DNA of 64,000 bases from Candidatus Binataceae bacterium (GCA_035533435.1 DATLTX010000058.1:27-64026), one strand, 5' to 3'; positions 1 to 10,614 are shown, numbered from the stretch's first letter. Notes: generated from the letters alone by a model not told the origin. Translations and numbers: made by a program.

Positions 1-1
1 G

Positions 2-517
2 ATGCCGCCAGCGCTGCGATCTCCGGCGATTCCGCCAGGGTTTGTTGGATGCTGGAACGGAGATCCGGGGGGCTTCGACCGTGTTGCGACTGACAGAGGC
101 GATGTAGTAGGTACTCCGGTCCAAATTTATTTTTGCTACGGAAACCATGCGATCGAATTTCAAAGTGCGGATATAGTAATTTCACCGCGGGCGAGAGCTC
201 GCGATATCGCCCACCAATTGGGGCTGGGGTACACGACCCTCATGGCACGCGGCATCAAGACGGAAGTTTACCTCGTGACCGCCGATACGTTGCGCTCACG
301 GACTGACGTCGATGTCGAAGGCATCGAGCATCTGTTCTATCTGGTACCGATTAAGTTTCACGAACAGATGGTCGAAGATGAAGTTAGCAAACTGGTCGGC
401 CCGAACATGCTTACTATACATGCGTGTTTCGTGCTGACCGCGCCGCAGCAACATATGTGGGGAACGTGGCACGCCTACTTTCATCGTGTGGTAAACGTGC
501 CAGGCGTCACTGAATAA
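2..517 (+). CDS. hypothetical protein (no recognisable motifs; may be a remnant or edge gene)
   Basis: 171-aa ORF in a locally lower-GC stretch (approx 100-500). No catalytic or transmembrane signatures recognised. Confidence 0.25.
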   Translation: MPPALRSPAIPPGFVGCWNGDPGGFDRVATDRGDVVGTPVQIYFCYGNHAIEFQSADIVISPRARARDIAHQLGLGYTTLMARGIKTEVYLVTADTLRSRTDVDVEGIEHLFYLVPIKFHEQMVEDEVSKLVGPNMLTIHACFVLTAPQQHMWGTWHAYFHRVVNVPGVTE

Positions 518-721
518 ATGAAATACTCAATGTCGCACAGGAGCATTTCACGCGCGGCGGCGCCGCCGATATGCTGCCGGGGATGCGGCATCATCACCCG
601 CGCGTCACGGCGATTGCAATAATGAGCAATCGCCGCGCCACGCCCCCTCTCCCGGCGGGAGAGGGTATCGCAAAGGGCGTGGCTCGATGCTGGGGCTGGC
701 GAAGGCCTCGGGTTTTTTTGG

Positions 722-2620
722 CTAGGCTTCCAGGCGTTCGCTTGACGAGTCGCCGTGTAGAGCGGATGCGTCGAGCGTCAGGCCGCGGGTCTGCTCGGTG
801 AAGAGCCTTGCGTAGGTTCCGCCGCGGCGGAGCAGCTCGGTGTGCGTTCCGACTTCGACGACGCTGCCCTTGTCGAGCACGACGATCAGATCGGCGGTGA
901 TTGCGCTGCGCAGGCGATGCGCGATCAGGAAGACCGTGCGGCCGTCCATCAGACGCTCCATCGCTTCGTGAATCAGGTTCTCGGACTCGGAGTCAACCGC
1001 AGAGGTCGCCTCGTCGAGGATCACGATCTTCGAGTCTTTCAGGAAGGCGCGCGCGAGCGCCAGGCGCTGACGCTGTCCGCCGGAAATCTTCACGCCGCGC
1101 TCGCCGATAACGGTGTCGAGCCGCTCCGGCAGAGCCTCGACGAAGTCGTCCAGGTTAGCCATCTCGAGCGCTTCCCAGAGCATCGTTTCGCTGGCGTCCG
1201 GCCGCGCATAGAGCAGGTTGTCACGCACGCTGGCGCTGAACAGCAGCGCCTCCTGGGTCACCAGGCTCACGTTGTCGCGCAGCGACTTGAGCGTGAAATG
1301 GCGCACGTCTTTGCCGTCGATCAGAACCCTGCCGGTCGTGGTGTCGTAGAAGCGCGGAATCAGATTGGCCAGCGTCGTCTTGCCCGCGCCGGAACGGCCG
1401 ACCAGCGCCACGCGCGCACCACCCGGCACGCGCAGGTCAATCTGATTGAGCACGTTGCGGCGCTCGCCGCCTTCACGCGGAGTGTAGCTGAAGTTTACGC
1501 CTTCGAAATCGACCGAGCCCTTGCGCACCTTAAACGGACGGGCCAGAGGATGGTCGGTGATTTCGGGCTTGAGGTCCAGGAAGCCGAAGATACGCTCGAT
1601 CGCCGCCGTCGCCGCCGACACGACCACCGAAAGCTGCGCAAAGCGCTCCAGCGGCAGATATACGAATCCAAGATAAGTGAAGAAGGCGACGAGCGTGCCG
1701 AGCGTGATGCTCCCGCGCATGATCATCAGGGCGCCGAACCATACCACTACCACCGGCGCGCTCCGGGTCAGAAGCTGAATCAACATCTCCTGCTTGGCTG
1801 CCAGGCGGACCTTGTCAACCGAACGCGCGTAGAGCCGCTGGCCGCGGCCGCGGAACTGATCAACCTCGTGCGCCTCGCGCCCGAACGATTTGATAGTCGC
1901 CGCTCCGACCACGCGCTCGTGAACTTCGGCGTTGATGTCGGCGACCGCTTCCTGCATCCGATGGCTGACCGCCTTGATGCGCGGCGCAAAGACGCGCATG
2001 AACGTAACCCATACCGGCGCAATCGCGAGCGCAACCAGCGCCAGCCGCCAGTCCATCGCGAACAGCACCAGGATAACCAGGCCGAGCGAGATCGCGTCCA
2101 TCCAGACGTCGATCAGGGCCGAGCTGACGAGTTCGTTGGCCTGCGACACGTCATTGAGCACGCGTGAGACGACCGCACCCGAAGGATTACGGTCGAAGAA
2201 TGAATGCGGCAGCCGCTGCAGGTGCTCGAACAGCTTGCACTGGATGTCGAAGATCAGCCGGTTGCCGGCGATCCCGCCCCAATAATTGCGGTAGTAGCTC
2301 GCGACCGATTGAATCGCGTAAAGCACCAGCATCGCGATGCTCAGGACGGTAAGTTTCGCCTGCGGCGTGGCGCCCATTCCAAGGATCGCCGCGGCATGGA
2401 TGCATAGATGGTCGATCGTGCGGCTGATCGCGTCCATTTTCGGCTGCGAAGCCACCAGAACGTCGATGACGTATTTGAAAGCGAGAGGAAACGCGAGGGG
2501 AAGGGTGAACTTCCCGATGCCCATCAGGGCGGCGCCCGCGACATACCGCAAATGGGGCTGTATGTAGGCTAGAAATCTGACCAGAGGTCGGTCCGAAGCA
2601 GAAATAGTGCTCTTATCCAC
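722..2620 (-). CDS. ABC transporter permease/ATP-binding fusion, MsbA/lipid-exporter type
   Basis: N-terminal multi-TM domain followed by Walker A GRSGAGKTT, ABC signature LSGGQRQRLALARA and Walker B IVILDEATSAVD. Confidence 0.85.
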   Translation of the reverse strand: MDKSTISASDRPLVRFLAYIQPHLRYVAGAALMGIGKFTLPLAFPLAFKYVIDVLVASQPKMDAISRTIDHLCIHAAAILGMGATPQAKLTVLSIAMLVLYAIQSVASYYRNYWGGIAGNRLIFDIQCKLFEHLQRLPHSFFDRNPSGAVVSRVLNDVSQANELVSSALIDVWMDAISLGLVILVLFAMDWRLALVALAIAPVWVTFMRVFAPRIKAVSHRMQEAVADINAEVHERVVGAATIKSFGREAHEVDQFRGRGQRLYARSVDKVRLAAKQEMLIQLLTRSAPVVVVWFGALMIMRGSITLGTLVAFFTYLGFVYLPLERFAQLSVVVSAATAAIERIFGFLDLKPEITDHPLARPFKVRKGSVDFEGVNFSYTPREGGERRNVLNQIDLRVPGGARVALVGRSGAGKTTLANLIPRFYDTTTGRVLIDGKDVRHFTLKSLRDNVSLVTQEALLFSASVRDNLLYARPDASETMLWEALEMANLDDFVEALPERLDTVIGERGVKISGGQRQRLALARAFLKDSKIVILDEATSAVDSESENLIHEAMERLMDGRTVFLIAHRLRSAITADLIVVLDKGSVVEVGTHTELLRRGGTYARLFTEQTRGLTLDASALHGDSSSERLEA

Positions 2621-2849
2621 TAGCCTTTTCCTTCTTTAAGACGCAGCGTGCGCCTTTCGTCAATCCAAGTGATTGATACATCTGCAACAGTCGTACCCTG
2701 CTCGGGCGTCGAAAACCTCAAGAATTTCTCGGTCTTTTCTGAACGATCCGCAGGTCCGACCATACGGTTTCGTAGGTGGCTTGACCCATTTCGGAGAGTC
2801 GCCGAATTGCGTCTGTTGAACGATCTGCGTCCTCCCGCGTCTTCCCCTG

Positions 2850-4283
2850 TTGGCGGCGAGCGAATTAAGAGCGATAGTTATCCTTGCCGGCAGTGGTAAT
2901 CGGGCATCGACGGGGCGACGGATGGGGCAGACGACGGCGGAGCGGGCGGCAACCCAAGCGGACGAGCGTTCCGATAGCGCCGAACGTCCGCCTGCGGCGT
3001 CGTCGGCGATTATCGCCGCCACCGTCATCCTGCTCGTCTATCAGGGTTACACGCTGTCGATCGCCGGGGTTGCCTCGCCCTGGATCGCCAAGAGCTTCGC
3101 CCTCACCCAGCCTGAGCTCGCACGGCTGTTCGCGTGGATGTCGGTCTCGGCGTTTGGATCGCTGATGCTGGCGCGGCTGGCCGACCGGGTCGGGCGGCGC
3201 CGGATTATCGTCGCGAGCCTGTTTCTGACGCCGCTGTGTTCGGCCGGAGCGGCGCTGTCGCCGCATCCGATTTCTTTCGCCGTATTCCAGATCCTCATCT
3301 CGGCGCTCCTAGGCGGATCTGTTTCGTCGGCGATCGTTTTGCTCGCCGAGGAACTACCCGTCGATCGCCGTGCGCAGGGGCAGGGCTTCGCCGCTTTCGC
3401 CAGCGCGGTCGGCGGCGTGCTTGGATATCTGCTAATCCCTTTCCTGCTGAAGTGGGGATACTCGTGGCGATGGCTGTTCGCGCCGTCGGTGGCGGGCGCA
3501 GTCCTGGTTTGGCCGGTCACCCGGATGCTGCCGCCGGAGTTTCGTTTCGCACGCAAGGCCGCAGTCGAGTCGCGCAGCCAAAGTCATTTCTATGACATCC
3601 TGCATCCGCTATACCGGCGCCGATCGCTGACTCTGCTCGCGTGCGCCGCGCTCGACACGATGGCGGGGACGGCAGTCAACGGATGGCTGTATTTCGAGGC
3701 GGTCTCGATAATCGGCCTTGCGCCCGGCAATGCGAGCACGTTGGTCGTCGCGGGGATGGTGGTCGGAATGGTCGGCTTTCCGATTGGCGCATGGACCTCG
3801 GAACGTCTGGGACGGGTTCCGACCGTGGCATGGTTTGGCGGCGCGGCGTGGCTCGGAGCGATCGCCTTTTACTGGGGTCCCGCGGGCACCACGAACCATC
3901 CGATGTACTTTCTGCTTGCGGCGTATTGCTGGTTCAAGGTGGGTTCGTCGGTGATGACGGTGGGCGCCAACGCGGCGGCGACTGAGCTGTTCCCCGCCGA
4001 TCTGCGGACCACGATGGTTGGATGGCAGATGATAACCGGCGCGGTCTTTTCGATGCTGGCGCAGGTGGTGATAGCCGCGCTTATCGCGCCGCTGGGCGGC
4101 CTCGAGAACGTGATCCGCTACTTCGCGCTGCTTGGTATCCCAAGCGCGATCCTGTTCGGCATGTTTATCGACGAGACGCGCGGGATGAAACTCGCGCAGT
4201 CGTCAAAGGAAGCCGAGTGGGATCGGCTGCGCGGGCTTTCGCGAAACCGGCCCGAGGAGCGGGCGGAAAATTCCGGACAATAG
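2850..4283 (+). CDS. MFS transporter
   Basis: About 12 predicted hydrophobic helices. MFS-like loop motif LARLADRVGRRR between TM2 and TM3. The start could instead be the internal Met at 2922. Confidence 0.7.
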   Translation: MAASELRAIVILAGSGNRASTGRRMGQTTAERAATQADERSDSAERPPAASSAIIAATVILLVYQGYTLSIAGVASPWIAKSFALTQPELARLFAWMSVSAFGSLMLARLADRVGRRRIIVASLFLTPLCSAGAALSPHPISFAVFQILISALLGGSVSSAIVLLAEELPVDRRAQGQGFAAFASAVGGVLGYLLIPFLLKWGYSWRWLFAPSVAGAVLVWPVTRMLPPEFRFARKAAVESRSQSHFYDILHPLYRRRSLTLLACAALDTMAGTAVNGWLYFEAVSIIGLAPGNASTLVVAGMVVGMVGFPIGAWTSERLGRVPTVAWFGGAAWLGAIAFYWGPAGTTNHPMYFLLAAYCWFKVGSSVMTVGANAAATELFPADLRTTMVGWQMITGAVFSMLAQVVIAALIAPLGGLENVIRYFALLGIPSAILFGMFIDETRGMKLAQSSKEAEWDRLRGLSRNRPEERAENSGQ

Positions 4284-4350
4284 GAAATCGAGAATCAGAA
4301 CGAATCAATCCTGATCAACTTTCAAATAATCCATCGATTCAGAAAGCCCA

Positions 4351-5889
4351 ATGACGACCAGAGCCAAATTGCCCATCCGGATACCGCTCGCAGCCCTGGT
4401 CGCGCTCCTGCTGATTTGCGGTTTTACCGCATCGGGGAACGCCGCGCGCCGCCGCAAGACGGTGCGAATCACACCCACGCAAAGTCCGTCGCCGACCGCG
4501 ACTCCGACCGTCGCGATGCGACCGCTGGTGCTGGTGACGGGCGGCGTCGGCTCGCTGCGCGTGCTCACCGCGACCAGTCCGTCGGTCCTCGACACGGCGG
4601 AGGTTTACGATCCGGCGGCACAGATATTTATCCCGATTGATCACATGAAATCGCGCGGCGACCGGCAGTTCGCGGTCCGCCTCGGCGACGGCCGCGTGCT
4701 CATCGGCGGCGGCGTCGATACGATCATGGTCCCGTTGATCCTTTTTCCGGGTCCGCCGATGCCTTCGACGCTCGGCTCGACGGAGATCTTCGATCCCGCG
4801 GCCGGCGCGTTCAGCGCCTCCGCGCCGATGATCGATGCGCGCGACGAGCCGACCGGCACGCTGCTGCACGACGGCAAAGTCCTGATCGCTGGCGGCGGCA
4901 CCGCTGACGCGGAACTGTTCGATCCGGCGGCGAATAAATTTATCGCGACCGGAGCGATGCACTTCGCGCGCTTCGGACAAACCGCAACGCTTATTGCCAG
5001 CGGCAAGGTGCTGATGGCCGGGGGTGGCGGCGCCGATGCGGAAATTTACGACCCGGCCACCGGCACATTCGCGGCCGCCGGATCGATGAGCACCGATCGC
5101 ATCTACCATACCGCGACGCTGCTCCAAGACGGCCGCGTGCTGATCGCTGGCGGCAGCCCATACGCGCGCCGCGCGCCGCTGGACTCGACGGATTTATTCG
5201 ACCCGAAGAGCGGCAAGTTCAGTGCAGGACCGAAGATGACCAAGCAGCGCGCCGGTCAGACCGCGACGCTGCTCAAAGATGGCCGTGTGCTGATCGCGGG
5301 CGGCAGCGCGGATACCTCCTCCGAGATATTCGATCCGGCCTCCAACACGTTCACCGCCGCCGCGACGATGAACGAGCGCCGGTACGGGCATTCGGCCAAG
5401 CTCTTGCCCGACGGCCGCGTTCTAATCGCCGGGGGATGGAATGCGAGCTACAGCCCGATGGCGAGTGCCGAGTTGTTCGATCCCGCGACCGGACATTTCA
5501 CCCCGACCGGGGAAATGACGCATGCCCGCGCCGGAGAAACCGCGACGCTGATTTCAGCGCCGCTGCCGATCACCTGGTTCCGTCCAACACCAACCGCAAC
5601 CGCCACTCCAACTGCAACGGCGACCGCCACTGCGACAACCACTGCCACTGGCACTGCGACCGTCACGCCGACAGCCACCGCAACTGTTTCCGCAACGCCC
5701 ACTGCGACTGCATCATCGAGCCCGACGCCGAAGCCCTCGCGCTCGGCAACCCCGTCGCTAACCTCCACGCCTGAACCGACGAAGACCGCAACCGCGAGCC
5801 CGTCGCCTCGCGCGACGCCGTCCGCGACCTCGACACCCGCGCCAAGTCCGACTTCGGGAACGACCGCGACGGCCAGCCCTACCCCCTGA
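4351..5889 (+). CDS. secreted Kelch/galactose-oxidase-type beta-propeller repeat protein with C-terminal Pro/Thr/Ala-rich low-complexity tail
   Basis: N-terminal signal/TM segment. At least six repeats of the form E(L/I)(F/Y)DPA..F...G.M...R..HTATLL.DGRVLIAGG. The last ~120 aa are PTATATATPTATA... low complexity. Confidence 0.65.
   Translation: MTTRAKLPIRIPLAALVALLLICGFTASGNAARRRKTVRITPTQSPSPTATPTVAMRPLVLVTGGVGSLRVLTATSPSVLDTAEVYDPAAQIFIPIDHMKSRGDRQFAVRLGDGRVLIGGGVDTIMVPLILFPGPPMPSTLGSTEIFDPAAGAFSASAPMIDARDEPTGTLLHDGKVLIAGGGTADAELFDPAANKFIATGAMHFARFGQTATLIASGKVLMAGGGGADAEIYDPATGTFAAAGSMSTDRIYHTATLLQDGRVLIAGGSPYARRAPLDSTDLFDPKSGKFSAGPKMTKQRAGQTATLLKDGRVLIAGGSADTSSEIFDPASNTFTAAATMNERRYGHSAKLLPDGRVLIAGGWNASYSPMASAELFDPATGHFTPTGEMTHARAGETATLISAPLPITWFRPTPTATATPTATATATATTTATGTATVTPTATATVSATPTATASSSPTPKPSRSATPSLTSTPEPTKTATASPSPRATPSATSTPAPSPTSGTTATASPTP
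5586..5880 (+). repeat. coding low-complexity tandem region (ACN/GCN codon reiterations) encoding the PT/A-rich tail
   Basis: Reiterated acc-gca-acc-gcc-act-cca-act-gca... units inside the Kelch-repeat gene 3' end. Confidence 0.7.
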
Positions 5890-8158
5890 CTTCGACGGTG
5901 ACTGAGTGGTGCTTTTCGAGCACCTCGACGGCGACGGCGCCGTCGGAGCGGCGCATCAGGAGCGAGACTAATTCGGCGCCGACGCGGAGATCTTCGATCT
6001 TCAGCCATTCGAGCCACGATGGAATCGCGGGCGAGTCGATAATCACGCGCTTGTCGGCGCCGCTGACGCTCAGCCCAAGCATCGCCTGCACGATCGCGAA
6101 GACGCTCGCCGCGGACCACGCCTGCGGATGGCACGCGGTCGGATACGGTACCGGGCCGATTTCGGGACAGCGCTCGAAGCCGCACAGGAGTTCGGGCAGG
6201 CTGCCGATCTGGAGGCGCACGCCGGCATTGAACAGCGCCTCGAGAATTCTTATTACGCCCTGACGATCGCCGGCCCGCCCGATGCCCATCGCGGCGAGCG
6301 CATTGTCGTGCGGCCAGACGGAGCCGTTGTGATAGCTCATCGGATTGTAGCGGCGCTCATTGGCGCTGAGCGTGCGCACGCCCCATCCGGAAAACATATC
6401 GGCGGCGAGCAGCCGCTCGGCCATCGCGGTGGCGTGCTCGCCCTCGACCAGACCGGTAGCCATGCAATGCGCGCCGTTGGAAGCCATCACCTCGCACGGC
6501 CGCTTGTCACCGTCGAGCGCGAGCGCGATCATCGCGCGCCGCTCGATCCAAAAAGCGCGCGTAAAGGCGGCTTTGAGCGTCGCCGCGCGAGAAGTGAGCT
6601 TGGATGCCAGGTCACTCCGGCCCAGGCGCGTGGCCACGTCCGCGATCTTCGTATAGGCGGCGAAGGCGTAGCCCTGCACTTCGGCCAGCGCAATTGGCGC
6701 CTTGGCCAGCGATCCGTCGGCGTGCGAGATGGAATCGAAAGAGTCCTTCCAGCCCTGATTTGACAGCCCGCGCGGAGTCATGCGGCTGTATTCAATCAAG
6801 CCGTCGCCATCGATATCGCCCCATCGCTCGATCCATTCGAGCGCGCGCTCGACGTTGGGCCACAGCTCGCGGGCAATCCCGAGGTCGCCGGTGACGGCGA
6901 CATACTCGCCGACCAGCCACAGGAACAGCGGCGTGGAATCGACCGAGCCGTAATAGCGGCCGAAGGGAACTTCGCCGGTGGTGGCCATCTCTCCGGCGCG
7001 GACTTCATGCACGATCTTGCCGGGTTGCTCGTCGCGCGCGTCGTCGATTCGGGTCCCCTGCATCGCGGCCAGCGCGCGCAGGGTCTGGCCGGCGATATCC
7101 GGGTTGAACGTCAGGAGCGAGAGCGCCGTGATGATGCTGTCGCGGCCGAACAGAGTCGCGAACCACGGAATTCCCGCCATCATGAACGAGCCCGCCGAGT
7201 CGCGCCCGATGATCGAGGTCAGGTCGGCCGTCGAGGCTTTGAGCAAGCGGTTGAAGAGTTCGTCGCTCGAGCTGAGCTTGGCCCATTGGCGGTCGCGCAG
7301 AGCAATATCCTCGCGCCGCTGCTCGAGCGCGTGCTCGAGATTCGGCGCGAAACCGTCGTTTGAAGAAGAGGGCGCCGCGGTGACCCCGGAAACCGCGGCC
7401 GGCGGCGGCTCGAGGCCGCAGCTGATCCGCGTCTCCAAAACGAGCGACTCTTCGGGTTCGAGCTCGACGATGTACGACGCACCCTCGCCGGCGAGCTTGG
7501 TCGGCGGCGGATCGAAAGCAAGCTCGGTGGTTCGGGTCACGTTGTCGAGTCCGCGATAGCGCAGCACGACCGCGCCGCGAGTCACCCTGGTCCGCGCGCG
7601 TTTGCCCTTGTGCTTGCGTTTGACGCCGCGAACCTCGAACAAGTCGGCAAAATCCGAGCCGAATGAAAGATCGAGTGGAAAGCGCACACGCTCGCGCGTG
7701 TAATTGCGCGCCGTGATGCGATGATACAGCGCGGCGTCGACGAGTACCCAGCTTCGTTCGAGCTGGATCGAGGTGCGCGCCACCGAAATCGCGCCGTCGC
7801 GCTCGCGCAGATGCGGATTGGTCAGGTTGATGAGCAGTTCGGCGTTGTCATCGCTCAGGTACGAGTTGAGGAAGCAGGGCGCCTTGGCGTCGATCAGCAG
7901 CTCGAAGCGGGACAGAAAGCGGGTGTCGCGGTAAAACAGCCCCAGCGCCTCGAGCGGCGAGACCGCGATGTCGCCCGTGGTGTCGAATACGGCGAAGCTC
8001 TGCGCGTGGGCGAGCACGCGGCTGGCGCCGGTGGTGGCGCCCGACGAAGCGAGCACGTAATACTCCGAGCCGACCTTCAGCGTTATCGGCGCGGGACGGG
8101 AAGGGACGGCGCCACGGCGGCGCGGTTTCGCCGCGCGCGGCGCTTTGCGCTTTTTCAT
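5879..8158 (-). CDS. amylo-alpha-1,6-glucosidase family glycogen debranching enzyme
   Basis: GDE N-terminal region plus a GDE_C-like six-hairpin glucosidase region (MMAGIPWFATLFGRDSIITALSLL). The size of 759 aa is typical. Confidence 0.8.
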   Translation of the reverse strand: MKKRKAPRAAKPRRRGAVPSRPAPITLKVGSEYYVLASSGATTGASRVLAHAQSFAVFDTTGDIAVSPLEALGLFYRDTRFLSRFELLIDAKAPCFLNSYLSDDNAELLINLTNPHLRERDGAISVARTSIQLERSWVLVDAALYHRITARNYTRERVRFPLDLSFGSDFADLFEVRGVKRKHKGKRARTRVTRGAVVLRYRGLDNVTRTTELAFDPPPTKLAGEGASYIVELEPEESLVLETRISCGLEPPPAAVSGVTAAPSSSNDGFAPNLEHALEQRREDIALRDRQWAKLSSSDELFNRLLKASTADLTSIIGRDSAGSFMMAGIPWFATLFGRDSIITALSLLTFNPDIAGQTLRALAAMQGTRIDDARDEQPGKIVHEVRAGEMATTGEVPFGRYYGSVDSTPLFLWLVGEYVAVTGDLGIARELWPNVERALEWIERWGDIDGDGLIEYSRMTPRGLSNQGWKDSFDSISHADGSLAKAPIALAEVQGYAFAAYTKIADVATRLGRSDLASKLTSRAATLKAAFTRAFWIERRAMIALALDGDKRPCEVMASNGAHCMATGLVEGEHATAMAERLLAADMFSGWGVRTLSANERRYNPMSYHNGSVWPHDNALAAMGIGRAGDRQGVIRILEALFNAGVRLQIGSLPELLCGFERCPEIGPVPYPTACHPQAWSAASVFAIVQAMLGLSVSGADKRVIIDSPAIPSWLEWLKIEDLRVGAELVSLLMRRSDGAVAVEVLEKHHSVTVEVRG

Positions 8159-8244
8159 CGCGCGGCGCTCATCGCGCCGGCGAGGCAGGAAGGCGGGACG
8201 GATTGCCGCGGTGAAAGCATCGCGATACTCACTTCTTCGACTGG

Positions 8245-9339
8245 CTATTTGACTGAGGTTTGAGCCTGCGCTATCAGCCGCCGGTAGAGGCGCTCGTAGT
8301 TATCCACCTGCACCTCGACCGAGAAGCGCGCTTCGAATTCGGCGCGGCATGCCTGGCGCGAAAGTCCCGCCGCCTGCCGGACCCCCGCCGCAAGCTCTTC
8401 GACCGTGTTGGCGATTACGCCCGACACTCCCGGTTTGATGATTTCCGGCACCGAGCCGAACGGCCGCGCCACCACCGGAGTTCCGCACGCCATCGACTCG
8501 ATCATGGTCAGACCAAACGGCTCGGGCCAATCGATCGGGAACATCAGCGCAATCGCATTGCCCAGGAATTCGCTCTTCTCGACCTCGTTGATCTCGCCGA
8601 TATATTCGACATCTGGCGGCGACAGCCGCGGCTCGATAACCGCCTCGAAGTAAGCCCGATCGACGACATCGACTTTGGCCGCCATTTTCAGCGGAATTCC
8701 GACTTTGTGCGCGATCTCAATCGCGAGGTCGGGGCGCTTCTCCGGCGAGATCCGACCCAGAAACGCAAGGTATTTGCCGGGTCCCGGGCTGAAGCGCAGC
8801 AGGTCGCGCGGAAGTCCGTGGTAGATCGTCTCGACCCAGTTCATGAACTGGAGCGGAATGCGCTGCGCATCACTGATCGAGACCGCCGGGACAGCGCGGT
8901 AGCGATAATAGATCGGACGCAGGTCGTCGATATCGAGCCGCCCGTGCATCGTGCTCACGGTGGGCACCTTGACCAGTTCCGCAAACGGAAAGCTCCAGTA
9001 ATCGATATGGGAATGAATTATGTCGAAGCGCTTTTCCGCGCCATAGTACACGTCGCTGATCATCGGAAGCTGAATAAAGGTGCCAAGCTCGGGCTTGCCC
9101 GCCAGGCGCAGCGCGGTCGGATAACCGGGGGAAAGCTTGGCCTTGGTGACCGAATCGCCCGAGGCAAACAGCGTCACGTCATGGCCGCGGCGCACCAATT
9201 CCTCGGTGATATAGGAAACCACGCGCTCGGTGCCGCCGTAAAGCTTGGGAGGAACCCGCTCATAGAGCGGCGCGATCTGCGCGACGCGTAGCGGCCGGGC
9301 ATCGCGGCGGCCGCGCGCTGCATTATCTTTGTTTTCCAA
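8245..9339 (-). CDS. GT4 family glycosyltransferase
   Basis: GT-B fold. The C-terminal EPFGLTMIESMACGTPVV motif is typical of GT4 retaining glycosyltransferases. It sits adjacent to the debranching enzyme. Confidence 0.75.
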   Translation of the reverse strand: MENKDNAARGRRDARPLRVAQIAPLYERVPPKLYGGTERVVSYITEELVRRGHDVTLFASGDSVTKAKLSPGYPTALRLAGKPELGTFIQLPMISDVYYGAEKRFDIIHSHIDYWSFPFAELVKVPTVSTMHGRLDIDDLRPIYYRYRAVPAVSISDAQRIPLQFMNWVETIYHGLPRDLLRFSPGPGKYLAFLGRISPEKRPDLAIEIAHKVGIPLKMAAKVDVVDRAYFEAVIEPRLSPPDVEYIGEINEVEKSEFLGNAIALMFPIDWPEPFGLTMIESMACGTPVVARPFGSVPEIIKPGVSGVIANTVEELAAGVRQAAGLSRQACRAEFEARFSVEVQVDNYERLYRRLIAQAQTSVK

Positions 9340-9623
9340 TCTCCCCTACTCCTTGGTCCAGTATTACGCGGCACGCGAATGATTCGCCAGTGCGTCCGTT
9401 GGCTATCGCGGCACCGGCGCTATCGGGAAAATGAAATATACGGACTTGCGAGGGTGGTTGGCTAGCCCCTGTGCGCGGCGCCAACGCCCCACCCGGGTGC
9501 GCGTCGATCATGTCACCGGAGCGGACGCGTCGAGGTGGCCGCCGCTCTTCACACACCAGATGGCGGAGCGATTGCCGTCCATCACCGACGGCGAGCAGGC
9601 ACGCGCGCGTGCAAAGCCTCGGT

Positions 9624-10190
9624 TCAAGCGGGCTTGCGGGCGCGAAATCGAAATGCGTAGGGGTTCGTGTCCACCTTCGCGTCGATGAATCCGGCGGCTT
9701 CCAGGCGCGCCGGAAAAGTGCGCGGATCAGCCAGGACCATCGTGTCGAAAAGATGCAGAAGGCGCAGCGAAAAACTGTAAACGCTGTCGGAGCCTGCGAA
9801 TGTTCCGCCCGGGCGCAGCACGCGCGCGACTTCTGCCAGCAGGCGGTCTTGCAATTCCGGAGATTGCACGTGATGCAGCATCGTGAAGCTCACCGCGCCG
9901 TCGAAACTTGCCGCCGGAAGCGACATCGCCGTCGCGTCCTCGCGGAGCACCGTTACGTTTTGGCCGGCCATCCGCCGGGCCAGCTCGGCCGCGAGCGCGC
10001 GGTCGGTCTCGACGCAGGTCAGGTGCGCCACGCGGCCGCGCAAGAGATCGGTGGTGACGCCTGGACCCGGCCCGACTTCCAGGACATTTGCGCCGAGATC
10101 GATTCCGTCGAGCGCCCAGGGCAGCGCGAACTTCTCGACCGTATTCTTCCAACGCTTAGAGCGGCAAAGCCTTCGATGGATGAGATTCAT
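9624..10190 (-). CDS. class I SAM-dependent methyltransferase
   Basis: SAM-binding motif I VLEVGPGPGVTT and a Rossmann-fold pattern. Confidence 0.75.
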   Translation of the reverse strand: MNLIHRRLCRSKRWKNTVEKFALPWALDGIDLGANVLEVGPGPGVTTDLLRGRVAHLTCVETDRALAAELARRMAGQNVTVLREDATAMSLPAASFDGAVSFTMLHHVQSPELQDRLLAEVARVLRPGGTFAGSDSVYSFSLRLLHLFDTMVLADPRTFPARLEAAGFIDAKVDTNPYAFRFRARKPA

Positions 10191-10230
10191 AGCGCCTCAC
10201 GCGTCCAGGCAACCGCCGCGGGCGGAATAG

Positions 10231-10614
10231 CTACTTCGGCTGCTGAGTCAGCGACAGGGTATTGCCGTCAGGATCTTTGAACCAGCAAACCTTGGCCTTA
10301 CCGTCGGGGGTCGTCCAGATTCCGGCGTCGTCCTGCTGGAGTTCCGGGTATCGCTCGAACTTGACGCCTCGCCCTGCGAGCGCCGCGACGGCCGCGCCGA
10401 TGTCGGCAACCCTCCATCCGAGCGTCGTGAAAGGCAGCGGCACGAACTCGCGCACCTTTTGAACCATTAGGGTCCGGCCCGCCGCGGTGAAGACGATCGC
10501 GTGCCAGCCGTCTTCCACCAGCTCGAGACCAAGGACCTCGCAATAGAATGCCTTGGCTCGTTCGGGCTGCGTTGTCGCGACAAAACCGATCATCTCGTTT
10601 TCGGCGAGGATCAT
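10231..10614 (-). CDS. VOC (glyoxalase/bleomycin-resistance) family protein
   Basis: 127 aa with the paired beta-alpha-beta-beta-beta module pattern (HxxxxV...DPDGN). Confidence 0.6.
   Translation of the reverse strand: MILAENEMIGFVATTQPERAKAFYCEVLGLELVEDGWHAIVFTAAGRTLMVQKVREFVPLPFTTLGWRVADIGAAVAALAGRGVKFERYPELQQDDAGIWTTPDGKAKVCWFKDPDGNTLSLTQQPK

Noticed and set aside
842-2167. Many long ORFs antisense to confidently assigned genes. Examples are 842..2167(+), 4339..5127(-), 5448..6185(-), 8260..9291(+), 12023..13363(-), 27137..28267(+), 43095..45089(-), 55323..56252(-) and 62371..63312(+).
   Set aside because: They are typical shadow ORFs of a ~68% GC genome, with Arg/Ala/Gly/Pro-rich compositionally biased products and no motifs. 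Each overlaps a gene with clear family signatures on the other strand.
5586-5880. Short tandem repeats that might suggest a CRISPR array or mobile-element repeat.
   Set aside because: The repeats are in frame inside a CDS and encode a Pro/Thr/Ala low-complexity tail. There are no spacers and no cas genes.
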